Notes under the pieces: generated by a model
Databases searched by the model: none
What the model saw: only the letters and a program-made list of their open reading frames with translations
Told to the model about the DNA's origin: nothing
Position numbers and translations under genes: made by a program
Shown here: piece after piece, positions 43,756 through 53,151 of the stretch
Layout: every line of letters begins with the position of its first letter
How positions within the stretch are numbered: the first letter of the stretch is position 1
From: an uncultured delta proteobacterium
GTDB lineage: Bacteria > Myxococcota_A > Polyangia > Polyangiales > JAFGIB01
Assembly: GCA_963778655.1 (NCBI GenBank)
Contig: CAVZVA010000009.1
Location: 288,001-352,000 of the forward strand
Direction of reading: 5' to 3'
DNA length: 64,000 nt

Positions 43756-44756
43756 TGGATGTCGTACTGGATGTTCATGGGCTGGCCTCGGCGCTCGATC
43801 GCGACCGCGAGGTTGCTCGCGGTGCGCAGCCGCGAATACGCTTCGAGCGCGGTGTCCGGGCTCGACATCGCAAAGCCGTTGATGGTGCGGAGCATGTCGC
43901 CGTTCTGCAGGCCGAGCTTGCCGAGCAGGCTGTTACGGCGGATGCCGTAGAGCTTGACGCCGACGACCTGTCCGTTCTCCTCGTGGGGCACTACGCGCGC
44001 CGAGCTCATGATCTCGGCCTGATTGGAAAGGATCTTGTCGACGAAGCTGCGCGGAACGCTGAACTTGGTGTCGCTGACCGCATGGATGTTCTGATCCATC
44101 TCCGCTTCGCTGATGCCGCCCATCGCGGCGGCAGCCATCGGCGCCGCCCTGGGCACCGGTGGCCGGACCACGGGTACCGCGGCGCGTGCCTGAATCGCGG
44201 CCTTGTCCACGAACAGCACCAGCGAGCACAGCCGGCGGTCGCTCTGGCGCATGTACACCGCCTTGGGCAGGATGGTGTCGACCTCCATGTCGCCGAGCTT
44301 GCCGCCCTTGCGGTAGAGCAGTGGCGACTCGGAGCCCGAGGTCAGGGTGGCGAACGACCATTCCGGAAAGCGCTCGGAGTAGACCGCTGCGATCAGCTTG
44401 GTCGAGCCATCGCAGGGCGGTGGGAGCTGCCCCGGTGCCAGAGCTTCGGCCTCATCGGGCGCGCCATTCGGGTCCACGTCCTCCGGCGGGGCCGGCGGCG
44501 GCTTGGGCGGCCACAGCGGCCCGGTCGTGGGGTCGAACATGTTGCGCTTGAGAATCGCCTTGTAGTCCGGGAGCTCGGAGCCCGGCGGGCGCGTAGCGCC
44601 GCCCGTGCCGGTCGCCTGCGCCAGGGCCGGCCGCGGCGGAAGCAGAGCCCCGGCCAGCAGGCTGGTGGTGCCGCGGGCGAGAAACAACGCCGACAGCGCC
44701 AGCGAGACCAGCAGGATGGCTGCGGAGAGCTTCCGCCCGTGCAGGGCCAGGTTCAA
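43752..44756 (-). CDS. gspC: Type II secretion protein C (TM, HR, PDZ)
   Basis: RNMFDP, GVKLYGIRRNSLLGKLGLQNGD PDZ; GGAGGAG RBS before TTG 44756. Confidence 0.9.
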   Translation of the reverse strand: MNLALHGRKLSAAILLVSLALSALFLARGTTSLLAGALLPPRPALAQATGTGGATRPPGSELPDYKAILKRNMFDPTTGPLWPPKPPPAPPEDVDPNGAPDEAEALAPGQLPPPCDGSTKLIAAVYSERFPEWSFATLTSGSESPLLYRKGGKLGDMEVDTILPKAVYMRQSDRRLCSLVLFVDKAAIQARAAVPVVRPPVPRAAPMAAAAMGGISEAEMDQNIHAVSDTKFSVPRSFVDKILSNQAEIMSSARVVPHEENGQVVGVKLYGIRRNSLLGKLGLQNGDMLRTINGFAMSSPDTALEAYSRLRTASNLAVAIERRGQPMNIQYDIQ

Positions 44757-44780
44757 GACACTCCTCCGGAGGGGTTGCAA

Positions 44781-44796
44781 AGCAAGAGCCGTGCCT
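44781..44796 (-). promoter_or_regulatory. Sigma54 -24/-12 promoter of the gsp operon
   Basis: AGGCACG-GCTC-TTGCT (GG-N10-GC), close to the TGGCACG-N4-TTGCW consensus. Confidence 0.85.
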
Positions 44797-44912
44797 CGGG
44801 CTCAATCACCCGAGACCACAGCGAAAACCGCGTCGATCGCAGCGCCCTGCCGATCCGTGTGAGACAAGCTGGCAGCGCGCGCGGCCTGTGCTCCGGCGTT
44901 TTTGCCAAAATG

Positions 44913-46262
44913 TCATGTCTCCTCGGCGGCGAGCTTGCGATAGATGGTGCGGGTCGCGATGCCGAGCAGCTGCGCCGCCAGCCGCTTGTCGCCGGCGGTG
45001 TGCGACAGCGTCGCGTGGATCACGCGGCGCTCGATCTCTTCGAGCCGCGTCCCTACCGGGAACGACAGCTCGCGGCCGGTCTGCTCGGCCTGCGCGATCG
45101 GTCGGGGCAGGTTGTCGGGCCCGATCGCGGGCCCTTTGCTCAGCACCACCGCCCGCTCGATGGCGTTCTCGAGCTCGCGCACGTTGCCCGGCCACTCGTA
45201 GGCCATCAGGCGGTCGAGCGCCTCGCGGGTCACGGTCAGCGCGGGCTTGTCGTTCTTGCGGCAGTAGACCTGCAGGAAGTGGTCGACCAGCAGTGGGATG
45301 TCGTCCCGCCGCTGCGACAGGGTGGGGCAAGTGATGGCGATGACGTTGAGGCGGTAGAACAGATCTTCGCGGAACCGCCCGGCCTCGACCTCGACCATCA
45401 GGTCGCGGTTGGTGGCCGCGATCAGGCGAAAGCTAGCGCGCTGGGTGGTCCCGCCCAGCGGCTCGTACTCGCCCTCCTGCAGCACGCGCAGCAGCTTGAC
45501 CTGCACCGCTACCGAGAGCTCGCCGATCTCGTCCAGGAACAGCGTGCCGCCCTCGGCCTGCGCGATGCGGCCGGCGCGCCGCGCCACCGCCCCGGTGAAG
45601 GCGCCCTTCTCGTGGCCGAACAGCTCCGACTCGACGATGGTCTCGGGCAAGGCGGCCAGGTTGACGCCTACGAACGGACCCGAGCGCCCGCTCTGCTCGT
45701 GGATGTGCCGTGCCAGCAGCTCCTTGCCGGTTCCGCTCTGGCCCAGTACCAGCACGGTCGCGGTCGAGGGCGCGGCCTGTGTCGCGACCTCCAGGATCTG
45801 CCGCAGCGCTGGCGAGGAACCCACGATGCTGCGGTTGCGCAGCGCCGACAGCTCCTTGCGCAAGGTGCGGTTCTCCGCCAGCAGCGCGTGGCGTTCGGCC
45901 GCCTTGCGCACGGTCTTGACGATCTGCAGCCGCTTGAGCGGCTTCTCCACGAAGTCGTAGGCGCCCTCGCGCATCGCCTCGACCGCTTTTTCGACCGTGC
46001 CGTATGCGGTCATCACTACTGCTTCGGCTTCGGGCGCGACGGTCTTGAGCGCGCGCAGCAGCTCGATGCCGCTCATGCCCGGCAGCATGAGATCGGTGAG
46101 CACGACGTCCACGCGGTGCTTGCGGCACAGCTCGAGCGCCTGCTGGCCGTCTTCCGCCAGCAGGGTACGAAAGCCCTCGCGGCCGAAGATGCGCTCGAGC
46201 GAGAGCAGATTGGAGCGTTCGTCCTCGACGATCAGGATGGTCGCCAGGCCTTCGCTCTGCAT
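44913..46262 (-). CDS. NtrC-family sigma54-dependent response regulator (REC-AAA-HTH)
   Basis: REC VVLTDLMLPG, GQSGTGKE, ESELFGHEKGAFTGA, LFLDEIG, WPGNVREL, Fis-type HTH. Confidence 0.95.
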   Translation of the reverse strand: MQSEGLATILIVEDERSNLLSLERIFGREGFRTLLAEDGQQALELCRKHRVDVVLTDLMLPGMSGIELLRALKTVAPEAEAVVMTAYGTVEKAVEAMREGAYDFVEKPLKRLQIVKTVRKAAERHALLAENRTLRKELSALRNRSIVGSSPALRQILEVATQAAPSTATVLVLGQSGTGKELLARHIHEQSGRSGPFVGVNLAALPETIVESELFGHEKGAFTGAVARRAGRIAQAEGGTLFLDEIGELSVAVQVKLLRVLQEGEYEPLGGTTQRASFRLIAATNRDLMVEVEAGRFREDLFYRLNVIAITCPTLSQRRDDIPLLVDHFLQVYCRKNDKPALTVTREALDRLMAYEWPGNVRELENAIERAVVLSKGPAIGPDNLPRPIAQAEQTGRELSFPVGTRLEEIERRVIHATLSHTAGDKRLAAQLLGIATRTIYRKLAAEET

Positions 46263-46398
46263 CGCGCCATTATGGCGTAAGAGGACATTTTGTCAACTCG
46301 CCGCGCAAAGCTGTCTCGCCCTCATGCCATCTAGGCACACCTTGCCACGATGACCAGGCCCCGCCCGATCCCTCGTAGCGTCCTCGTCCCCCTGCCTC

Positions 46399-46842
46399 TC
46401 ACGGCCCCGCCACCTGCAGTACCCGAGTCGCGCTCGCGTGCACCGCCATGCAGCGCGGGCGGCAGCGGTAGGTCAGCAGATCGACCCTGAGCACGGCGGT
46501 GCCCGGGCTGCGCGCGAGGATCGGCACGGCGAAGCGCAGCCCGCCGCCGGGCTCGGGCCGCGCGTCGGTCCGCAGCAGTCGCCCGCGCACCACGCGCACC
46601 GCATCGCCCTCCGCTGCAGGCGTCAACAGCAGCGGCTGCGCCGGATCGAAATCCCCCGACACGATGACCTCGACCGTCCCGGTCATGCCGACCCGCAGCA
46701 CTCGCGCGTCGGGCGGCTCGATGCGCAGCACGGGCCCGCCGGTAGTCGCCGGGGCCGAGGCCTGCGTGGGCTCGCCGCGTGCGCCCTGTGCCGTGCCGAC
46801 CAGCCACGCCAGCGCCGCCGCGACGCGCGCTGCGCCGGCCAT
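46399..46842 (-). CDS. Small secreted hypothetical protein with C-terminal CxxxC
   Basis: Signal peptide; TGATG overlap with the phosphoesterase stop. Confidence 0.7.
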   Translation of the reverse strand: MAGAARVAAALAWLVGTAQGARGEPTQASAPATTGGPVLRIEPPDARVLRVGMTGTVEVIVSGDFDPAQPLLLTPAAEGDAVRVVRGRLLRTDARPEPGGGLRFAVPILARSPGTAVLRVDLLTYRCRPRCMAVHASATRVLQVAGP

Positions 46843-47945
46843 CAATACGCGTAGGGGATGACTTCGCATGGCTGGTGGGTGCCGTACCAGCGCATCAGCC
46901 GCGTCCTCACGCTGCCGTCCTCGGGGTACTCGATCAGCGCGTAGGTGAGGCCGCTGTCCTGGCCCAGGTACTGCAGGTTGAGGTTGATCATCTTCATCCA
47001 GGTGCCGGTGTTCACCATCAGCTTGGAGTCGCGCAGCACGCGGAAGCGGGGCGAATGGCTGTGACCGATGATCAAGGTGTGCACGCCGCGCAGCCGCTGC
47101 AGATAGCGGATGGCTGCGGCGTCGTAGCCGCCCAGCTCGAACACCTCCTCGCGTAGGACCCGCGGGATCGAGCGAAAGCGCTCGGTCCAGGCGCGCAGCG
47201 TGAAGATGCGGCGACGCAGCAGGTGAAAGCCCGCGCGCAGCAGAAAGCGCAGCGCGAAACGCGGATCGAAGAACAGCGATCCGAGCACGAACAAGCGCAG
47301 CGGCTGAATGCGGTCCACGTTGTTGCGCAGCTCTTTGGCCGGGTTGAGCACCTCCAGGATCCACAGGCTGCCGTAAGAGAGCTGCAACACCTTGCGGCCG
47401 TCGCTGCGCTCGCGCACCAGCCGGTTGTAGTCGACGCGATGGATGCGCTCGAGCTGATGGCCGTGACGGATCTGGATGCCCTCGGGCAGGTAGTAGGTGT
47501 CGCCGGTGGTGATGAAACGCACTCGGTCGGCCAGCTCGCCGGGCGCCACGTAGCGCTTGAACAGCTCCTGGGGACCGCTGAACCACATGTCGAGATCGTG
47601 GTTGCCGGGTAGGTACACCAGCCGCCTCCGTCCGGCGGAGAGAAAACGCCGCAGCGCGAGCACCAGCTTGGGATGGCCTTCCAGGCACAGGCGCAGCTTC
47701 TCGCGGGCGATTTCGTCCGTGATTTCGGTGGGCCACGTGTTGCCGATCTTGACTTTGAGCAGGTCGAAGATGTCGCCGTTGAGTATCAGCTCGATTTCCG
47801 TGTCTTCTGCGGTCTGCGCCTCGTAGAACGCCAGCAGTTGCGCGAAGCGGTCGTCTTCGAAGAAGTCCTCGAGCGAATTGAGCTTGCCGCTCTGGATGCC
47901 CGTGCCCAGGTGCAGGTCGCTCACGACGAGGCGGATCAGCTTCAT
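46842..47945 (-). CDS. Calcineurin-like metallophosphoesterase
   Basis: SDLHLG, NGDIFD, GNHD, HGH, GHSH, NTGTW. Confidence 0.9.
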   Translation of the reverse strand: MKLIRLVVSDLHLGTGIQSGKLNSLEDFFEDDRFAQLLAFYEAQTAEDTEIELILNGDIFDLLKVKIGNTWPTEITDEIAREKLRLCLEGHPKLVLALRRFLSAGRRRLVYLPGNHDLDMWFSGPQELFKRYVAPGELADRVRFITTGDTYYLPEGIQIRHGHQLERIHRVDYNRLVRERSDGRKVLQLSYGSLWILEVLNPAKELRNNVDRIQPLRLFVLGSLFFDPRFALRFLLRAGFHLLRRRIFTLRAWTERFRSIPRVLREEVFELGGYDAAAIRYLQRLRGVHTLIIGHSHSPRFRVLRDSKLMVNTGTWMKMINLNLQYLGQDSGLTYALIEYPEDGSVRTRLMRWYGTHQPCEVIPYAY

Positions 47946-47992
47946 CTTGCCTGGGGTAGCCGGATGCGCTTTAGTATCGATGTCTCGGGGCG

Positions 47993-50167
47993 ATGAACGC
48001 CAGCGAGAAGCCTTTGGGGTGTGCGCCGGTGGTTGCCATCCATGGTACGGGGGGGGCCGCGACGTGGGCAAATCGCCTCCCGGCTTTCGCCGTGCTCGCC
48101 GCCGTGCTGGCCGGGTCCTCTCTGGGCGGGTGCTCCCAGAAGCACGTTGCGGTCGGCCAGCTCGGCAAGCAGCAGCCCAAGAAGACGGGCAGCGCCGCCG
48201 GCAGCTCGGGCTTTCCCGACACCGGCATCAACGCCTCCACGCTGACCGTCACCGGGGTCGAGCCGGGCAGCGGTCCGTTCGCCGGCGGCAACACGGTGCT
48301 GGTGCGCGGTAGCGGCTTCAGCGCGGACGCGTTGGTCTTCTTCGGCGATCAGATGGCGCAGCCTGCGGATACGCGGCTGCAGGACAGGAACTCGATCAGC
48401 GTGGTGGTGCCGGCCGGCCGCCCCGGCACGGTCGACGTCCGGGTCGAGGTCGGTTCCGATCAGGCCACGCGGGCGGGCGCCTATGCCTACAATCCGCTGC
48501 TGGTCGATCCGGCCAGCGGCTCGATCGCGGGCGGCACATCGCTGCTGATCACCCTCGACGGCGCCGGCTTCGATGGCTCGGTCGGCGTCACAGTCGGAGG
48601 CCAGGCCTGCACGGACCTGCGCGTGATCACGCCCAACCAGGTGCGCTGCAAGACACCGCCCGGCGCCGTGGGGTCCGCCGACGTGCTCGCTTCCTGGCCG
48701 TCCGACGCCGGCCAGCCCTCGCTGCTCGCCAAGGACGCGTTCGAATACCAGGATCTCACCGACACCGATCACGGCGGGCTCAGCGGCGGGCCGATCCAGG
48801 GCACGCTCAACGTGACGGTGGTCGACTCGATCGCGGGTCTGGTCGTTCCCAACGCCTTCGTGCTGGTCGGCGACGCGCTCGACGGCCCGTATCAGGGGAT
48901 GACCGACGCCCACGGGCAGATCACGTTCGCGGGCGATGACCTGGTCGGGCCGCTGACCGTGCACGTCGCTGCCAAGTGTATGGAGCGCGCCTCGATCGTC
49001 GCCTTCGATGCGCAGAACGTGACCGTGCACGTGACGCCGTTGCTGGATCCAGCCTGTGCGATGCCCGGCCAGCCCAGCGGCGGCGGCCGTGGCGCGGCGG
49101 GCTCGCTGATCTCCGGCGAGCTGATCTTCCCGGGAGGCAACGAGTTCGCGATCAACGCCTGGAACGTGATTCCCGAGCCGCGCGCCAACGAGGTGCGGGT
49201 GGCTTACGTGTTCACCACCCGCGTCCAGTTCGACATCCCCAACCCCAGCCCTGCGGTCGGCGGCACGATGGCGCGCATCTTGGAGCGGGGCTCTCCGACC
49301 GGCGTGCACGGCTACCCATATCGCATCTTCGCCCGGCCCGCCGGGTTGGCGGTGTATGCGATCGCCGGGCTCGAGCGCCGCGACACCGGCGCGTTCACGC
49401 CCTATCAGATGGGCGTCGCCCGCGACGTGCTGACCTCGCCCGGCAACGAGACCACCGGCGTCGACATCAACATGGATATCCCGCTGGACCGCGAGCTGCA
49501 GGTCAGCTTGGCGCGGTTGCCGCAGGGCACCGCGAACGGCCCGGACCAGTTCCGGGTGGAAGCCGATATCGATCTCGGAGGGCAGGGCGCAATCGTGCGC
49601 GAGGTCGGCAGCAACGCGCTCGACATGGTGACCAGCTTCACCAGCGCGTCCCTGCTTCGCTTTCTGGCGCAGCCCGCGCTGGTTGGCGCGCTTTCGGACG
49701 CGCGTTATTTGCTGGTTGCCGGCTGGTACACCGGCGACCAGAATGACACGACGCCGTACACCGAAGTGCGCCGCACCGGCGTCTCGCAGGGCGCTCAGCC
49801 GGTCGTCGTCGACGACTTCCTGGCAATCCCCGCGCCGGTGGCTCCGCCGCAGGGCGCGCCCATTCCCGCCGACCGCGTGCTGCACTGGCAGCTCGACGGG
49901 ACCCCGCCGGACATGTACGTGATCGAGATAACCGGCGGCGACGATTTGCCGGCCTGGACTCAGATCGTGCCTGGCTCGCTGCAATCCAGCACGATTCCCG
50001 ACTTCTCTTCGATCGATGGGCTGAGCGACATCACGCCCGGCGTCGTGCTGTGGTCGGTGCGTGCGATTCGAATCGACGATTTCGACTACAACGCGTTCAA
50101 GTACAACATGTTGTCGGCGCGCTTCTGGACCCACACCTCGATCGATACCTTTACCATGCAGCGCTGA
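47993..50167 (+). CDS. IPT/TIG-domain lipoprotein
   Basis: Lipobox LGGC; two IPT/TIG repeats (VEPGSGPFAGGNTVLVRGSGF; VDPASGSIAGGTSLLI). Confidence 0.85.
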   Translation: MNASEKPLGCAPVVAIHGTGGAATWANRLPAFAVLAAVLAGSSLGGCSQKHVAVGQLGKQQPKKTGSAAGSSGFPDTGINASTLTVTGVEPGSGPFAGGNTVLVRGSGFSADALVFFGDQMAQPADTRLQDRNSISVVVPAGRPGTVDVRVEVGSDQATRAGAYAYNPLLVDPASGSIAGGTSLLITLDGAGFDGSVGVTVGGQACTDLRVITPNQVRCKTPPGAVGSADVLASWPSDAGQPSLLAKDAFEYQDLTDTDHGGLSGGPIQGTLNVTVVDSIAGLVVPNAFVLVGDALDGPYQGMTDAHGQITFAGDDLVGPLTVHVAAKCMERASIVAFDAQNVTVHVTPLLDPACAMPGQPSGGGRGAAGSLISGELIFPGGNEFAINAWNVIPEPRANEVRVAYVFTTRVQFDIPNPSPAVGGTMARILERGSPTGVHGYPYRIFARPAGLAVYAIAGLERRDTGAFTPYQMGVARDVLTSPGNETTGVDINMDIPLDRELQVSLARLPQGTANGPDQFRVEADIDLGGQGAIVREVGSNALDMVTSFTSASLLRFLAQPALVGALSDARYLLVAGWYTGDQNDTTPYTEVRRTGVSQGAQPVVVDDFLAIPAPVAPPQGAPIPADRVLHWQLDGTPPDMYVIEITGGDDLPAWTQIVPGSLQSSTIPDFSSIDGLSDITPGVVLWSVRAIRIDDFDYNAFKYNMLSARFWTHTSIDTFTMQR

Positions 50168-50206
50168 CCGGCTCGCTTTCACGCCGAGCCTCCGCGCCTG
50201 TGTCCG

Positions 50207-52225
50207 ATGAGATCCTCGCCTCCAGCTCGCCTCCTGTCGCCGCTGCTGCTGTCGTTGCTCGGAGCGCTCGGCTGCGCCACGCACGGAGCCGTGATCGACT
50301 TGCCGCGGCTGCCCGACCAGCCGGACGCCGGTCCGGCCACGTTCAGCTGCAGGAAGCCGAGCGACGTGGCGTGCGCGGGCAACGTTCACCTGTCGTGCAA
50401 GGCTGAAGGTGAGTTCCTCGAAGTCCAGAGCGAGGACTGCAACGCGAGCAACCAGGTGTGCAATGTCGCGCGAGGCTGCATCAACTGCGGGCCGGGCAGC
50501 TTGCGCTGCCAGCCGTGCGAGCTCGGCGACTCGGGTTGCGACAAGAACGTGGTGCAGACCTGCGACGAGCAGGGCGAGCAGTGGGTCGACACCATGACCT
50601 GCGATCTTGCGGCCGGCGACGCGTGCTACCAGGGCGTGTGCCGGAACATGTGTCAGGTGGCCGACGACCAGCGCAGCTACGTGGGCTGCGAGTTCTTTCC
50701 GGTCGACCTCGACAATGCCGCCATCAACAACCTCAACGACGCTTCGCACCAGCAGTTCGCCGTGGCCATGGCGAACCCGCAGGCGGTCCCGGTCGACGTG
50801 CAGGTCGAGATCAACAACGCGCAATTCGGCGCGGCGTTGCAGGCTAGCTCGATCGACGCGGTGACCGTCCCGCCCGGCGCGCTCGAGGTGTTCAAGCTGC
50901 CGCGGCGCGAGGTCGACGGCTCCTCGGAGATGGGTCTCAACGACGGCACCAATACCGCGGTGAGCTCGAATGCCTTCAGGCTCAGCTCCAGCCATCCGAT
51001 CGTGGCTTACCAGTTCAACCCGCTCGAGAACGTCAACGTGTTCTCCAACGGCGCGTCGCTGTTGTTGCCGACCTCCGCGATCGGTCAGAGGTACACCATC
51101 AACGGCTGGCCTCAGACGATCGCCAACTCCGACAATCCCGATCAGGATTTCGATCCGACCACGACGAACGAGGACCTGCGGGCCTTTCTGACCGTCGTCG
51201 GCACGCGCGACAACACCGACGTCCACGTCAGCTTCGGCGACAAGGTGGTCAAGGTCGTGGGCGCGGACCCGATTCCGGAATCCGGACCGGGAGACAGCAT
51301 CGACATCAGCATCAACCGCTACGACGTCGTGAACCTCGAGACCCAGGGCTTCAACGCCGATTTCACCGGCAGCGTGGTGGAAGCCACGGAGCCGGTCACG
51401 GTCTACGTGGGCAGCGAGGCTTCCGATGTCCCGATCTTCGCGACCTACGCCACGCGGCAGTGCTGTGCTGACCACCTTGAAGCGCAGCTGATCCCCGACG
51501 CCACGCTGGGTACTTTCTACAGCGTCGCGCGTACGCCGAACCGGACCAAGGCGCTGGCTGCCGCCGCCTTTCCCAACGATCCGCTGGGTGTGTCGGTGAT
51601 CAACTACCCCGAGTGGGTGCGCGTGCTCGCGGTGGCCAAGGGCATCACCACCGTCACGACGACGTTGCCGCCGCCGGACGACAGCTTTCACCTGAGGCAG
51701 GGCGAGGACGCGATCCTGCAGGCCGACCAGGATCTGATCCTGCGAGCGGACAAGCCGGTCTCCGTGCTGCAGGCACTGCCGAGCCAGGCCGTGACCGGCA
51801 TTCCCAAGCAGTATCCCGGCGGCGATCCAGACATCTTCCCGGTGCCGCCGATCGAGCAATACCGCAAGGACTACATCTTTCTCACACCCGACAAGTATGC
51901 GTTCGACTTCGTCACCATCATGGCCGACTCGCAAGCCAAGATCTTGCTCGACGGGGCGCCGCTTCCGGACGACTGCGAGAAGGCGGCGGCCGACGGTGTC
52001 GATCGGGCGGCTGGCGACCCGCCGCCCGATCGGGTGATCTACCGCTGCCAGCTCTCGTTTCCCAAGGTGACCAGCGGCAACGATTCGCGTGTGCTGGCCG
52101 GCGACCAGCACGACGGCGTGCATACGCTGGTGGCCGACCGCGAGGTGGGCATCGTCGTCAACGGCTTCGACCGCTTCGTGAGCTACGCCTACGTCGGCGG
52201 CCTGAACCTGCAGATCATCAACTAA
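50207..52225 (+). CDS. Cys-rich lipoprotein with IgGFc-binding-protein N-terminal-like domain
   Basis: Lipobox ALGC, Cys-rich region, SYVGCEFFPVDLDN, VAYQFNPL, SNGASLLLP, DHLEAQL, SYAYVGG. Confidence 0.8.
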   Translation: MRSSPPARLLSPLLLSLLGALGCATHGAVIDLPRLPDQPDAGPATFSCRKPSDVACAGNVHLSCKAEGEFLEVQSEDCNASNQVCNVARGCINCGPGSLRCQPCELGDSGCDKNVVQTCDEQGEQWVDTMTCDLAAGDACYQGVCRNMCQVADDQRSYVGCEFFPVDLDNAAINNLNDASHQQFAVAMANPQAVPVDVQVEINNAQFGAALQASSIDAVTVPPGALEVFKLPRREVDGSSEMGLNDGTNTAVSSNAFRLSSSHPIVAYQFNPLENVNVFSNGASLLLPTSAIGQRYTINGWPQTIANSDNPDQDFDPTTTNEDLRAFLTVVGTRDNTDVHVSFGDKVVKVVGADPIPESGPGDSIDISINRYDVVNLETQGFNADFTGSVVEATEPVTVYVGSEASDVPIFATYATRQCCADHLEAQLIPDATLGTFYSVARTPNRTKALAAAAFPNDPLGVSVINYPEWVRVLAVAKGITTVTTTLPPPDDSFHLRQGEDAILQADQDLILRADKPVSVLQALPSQAVTGIPKQYPGGDPDIFPVPPIEQYRKDYIFLTPDKYAFDFVTIMADSQAKILLDGAPLPDDCEKAAADGVDRAAGDPPPDRVIYRCQLSFPKVTSGNDSRVLAGDQHDGVHTLVADREVGIVVNGFDRFVSYAYVGGLNLQIIN

Positions 52226-52340
52226 GTTTAGACCAGTGGCCGGAAGTCCCGAGTCTTGTGTTCTCCTCGCCTTCCCGTCTTCCTGTTGGATCCTCCGAAG
52301 CGCCATTTCTGGGCAGGGACCGGACTGGGCGCGCGAGCGC

Positions 52341-53093
52341 TCAGCTCGCTCGGCGGATCGGCTCGCCCGATGCGCCGCGGCGGATGCCGCAGGCCTCCGC
52401 CACCTCGTCGCGGTAGCGCTGCCACGCTCCCAGCGTGTCTTCCATCGCGGCGACCACCCGCGGGCGGGCCGGCGCGGGCACGAAGTCGAGCATCACGCGC
52501 CAAGCTGCGGCGCGGTGGTCGCCTTCGACCTGGCGGTGCGCCTTGGTCAGCGCAAGGTGCTCGATCGGGAGACCGTAGTGCCGCACCAGCGGGTGCTCCG
52601 AGAGGCGCGCTTGCGGTCGCTTCTGCGCGCCGCCTTCGAGTTCGCCGCGCTCGTAGCTGGTACCTTCGAGGAAGATCGTCGTCACCGCCGCGGCCGTCTC
52701 CCAGCCTTGCGCGAGCGTGTGGGCGTCCAGCACGGCCCGAAAGTCGGCGGCGCGTGGCATCAGCTGCACCCGCTCGAAGCGCGACAGATCCATCTCGAGG
52801 CCCTTGGGGTACTCCAGGAACAGCTCCGGGTGGGGCCGTCCCGCGGAGAGCCCGCCGGTCTCTTCCTCGAACATGTTCTCGACCAGCTCGCGCCGTACCT
52901 CGGCGATCGGACACTGCACGTAGGCGCGTCCGATCAGCAGCGGGAAATCACGGACGTAGGTGGCGTACTCCTGCTCGAGGTGCAGGTGAAGCAGGGACTT
53001 GGGCACCAGCCCGCGGGTGAACGCCGGCCAGGCCCAGTGCAGCTTGCATTCCATCACCTGCAGCAGAGCTTCCTGAAACGCCGCCCGATCCAT
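52341..53093 (-). CDS. Heme-oxygenase-like (PqqC/TenA/CADD) iron-containing redox enzyme
   Basis: ENMFEEETG...HPELF and H..VEGDH candidate metal ligands. Confidence 0.8.
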   Translation of the reverse strand: MDRAAFQEALLQVMECKLHWAWPAFTRGLVPKSLLHLHLEQEYATYVRDFPLLIGRAYVQCPIAEVRRELVENMFEEETGGLSAGRPHPELFLEYPKGLEMDLSRFERVQLMPRAADFRAVLDAHTLAQGWETAAAVTTIFLEGTSYERGELEGGAQKRPQARLSEHPLVRHYGLPIEHLALTKAHRQVEGDHRAAAWRVMLDFVPAPARPRVVAAMEDTLGAWQRYRDEVAEACGIRRGASGEPIRRAS

Positions 53094-53151
53094 TCCTGCA
53101 ATTCTACGGCGCAAGCGCAAGGCGCGCCAACTCGGCGCGGCTGCCGACCAT

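Noticed and set aside
43755..46280. 841-aa plus-strand ORF
   Set aside because: Antisense to gspC and the sigma54 activator; no motifs
47942..52306. 1454-aa minus-strand ORF
   Set aside because: Antisense shadow of two real plus-strand lipoprotein genes; no domain motifs
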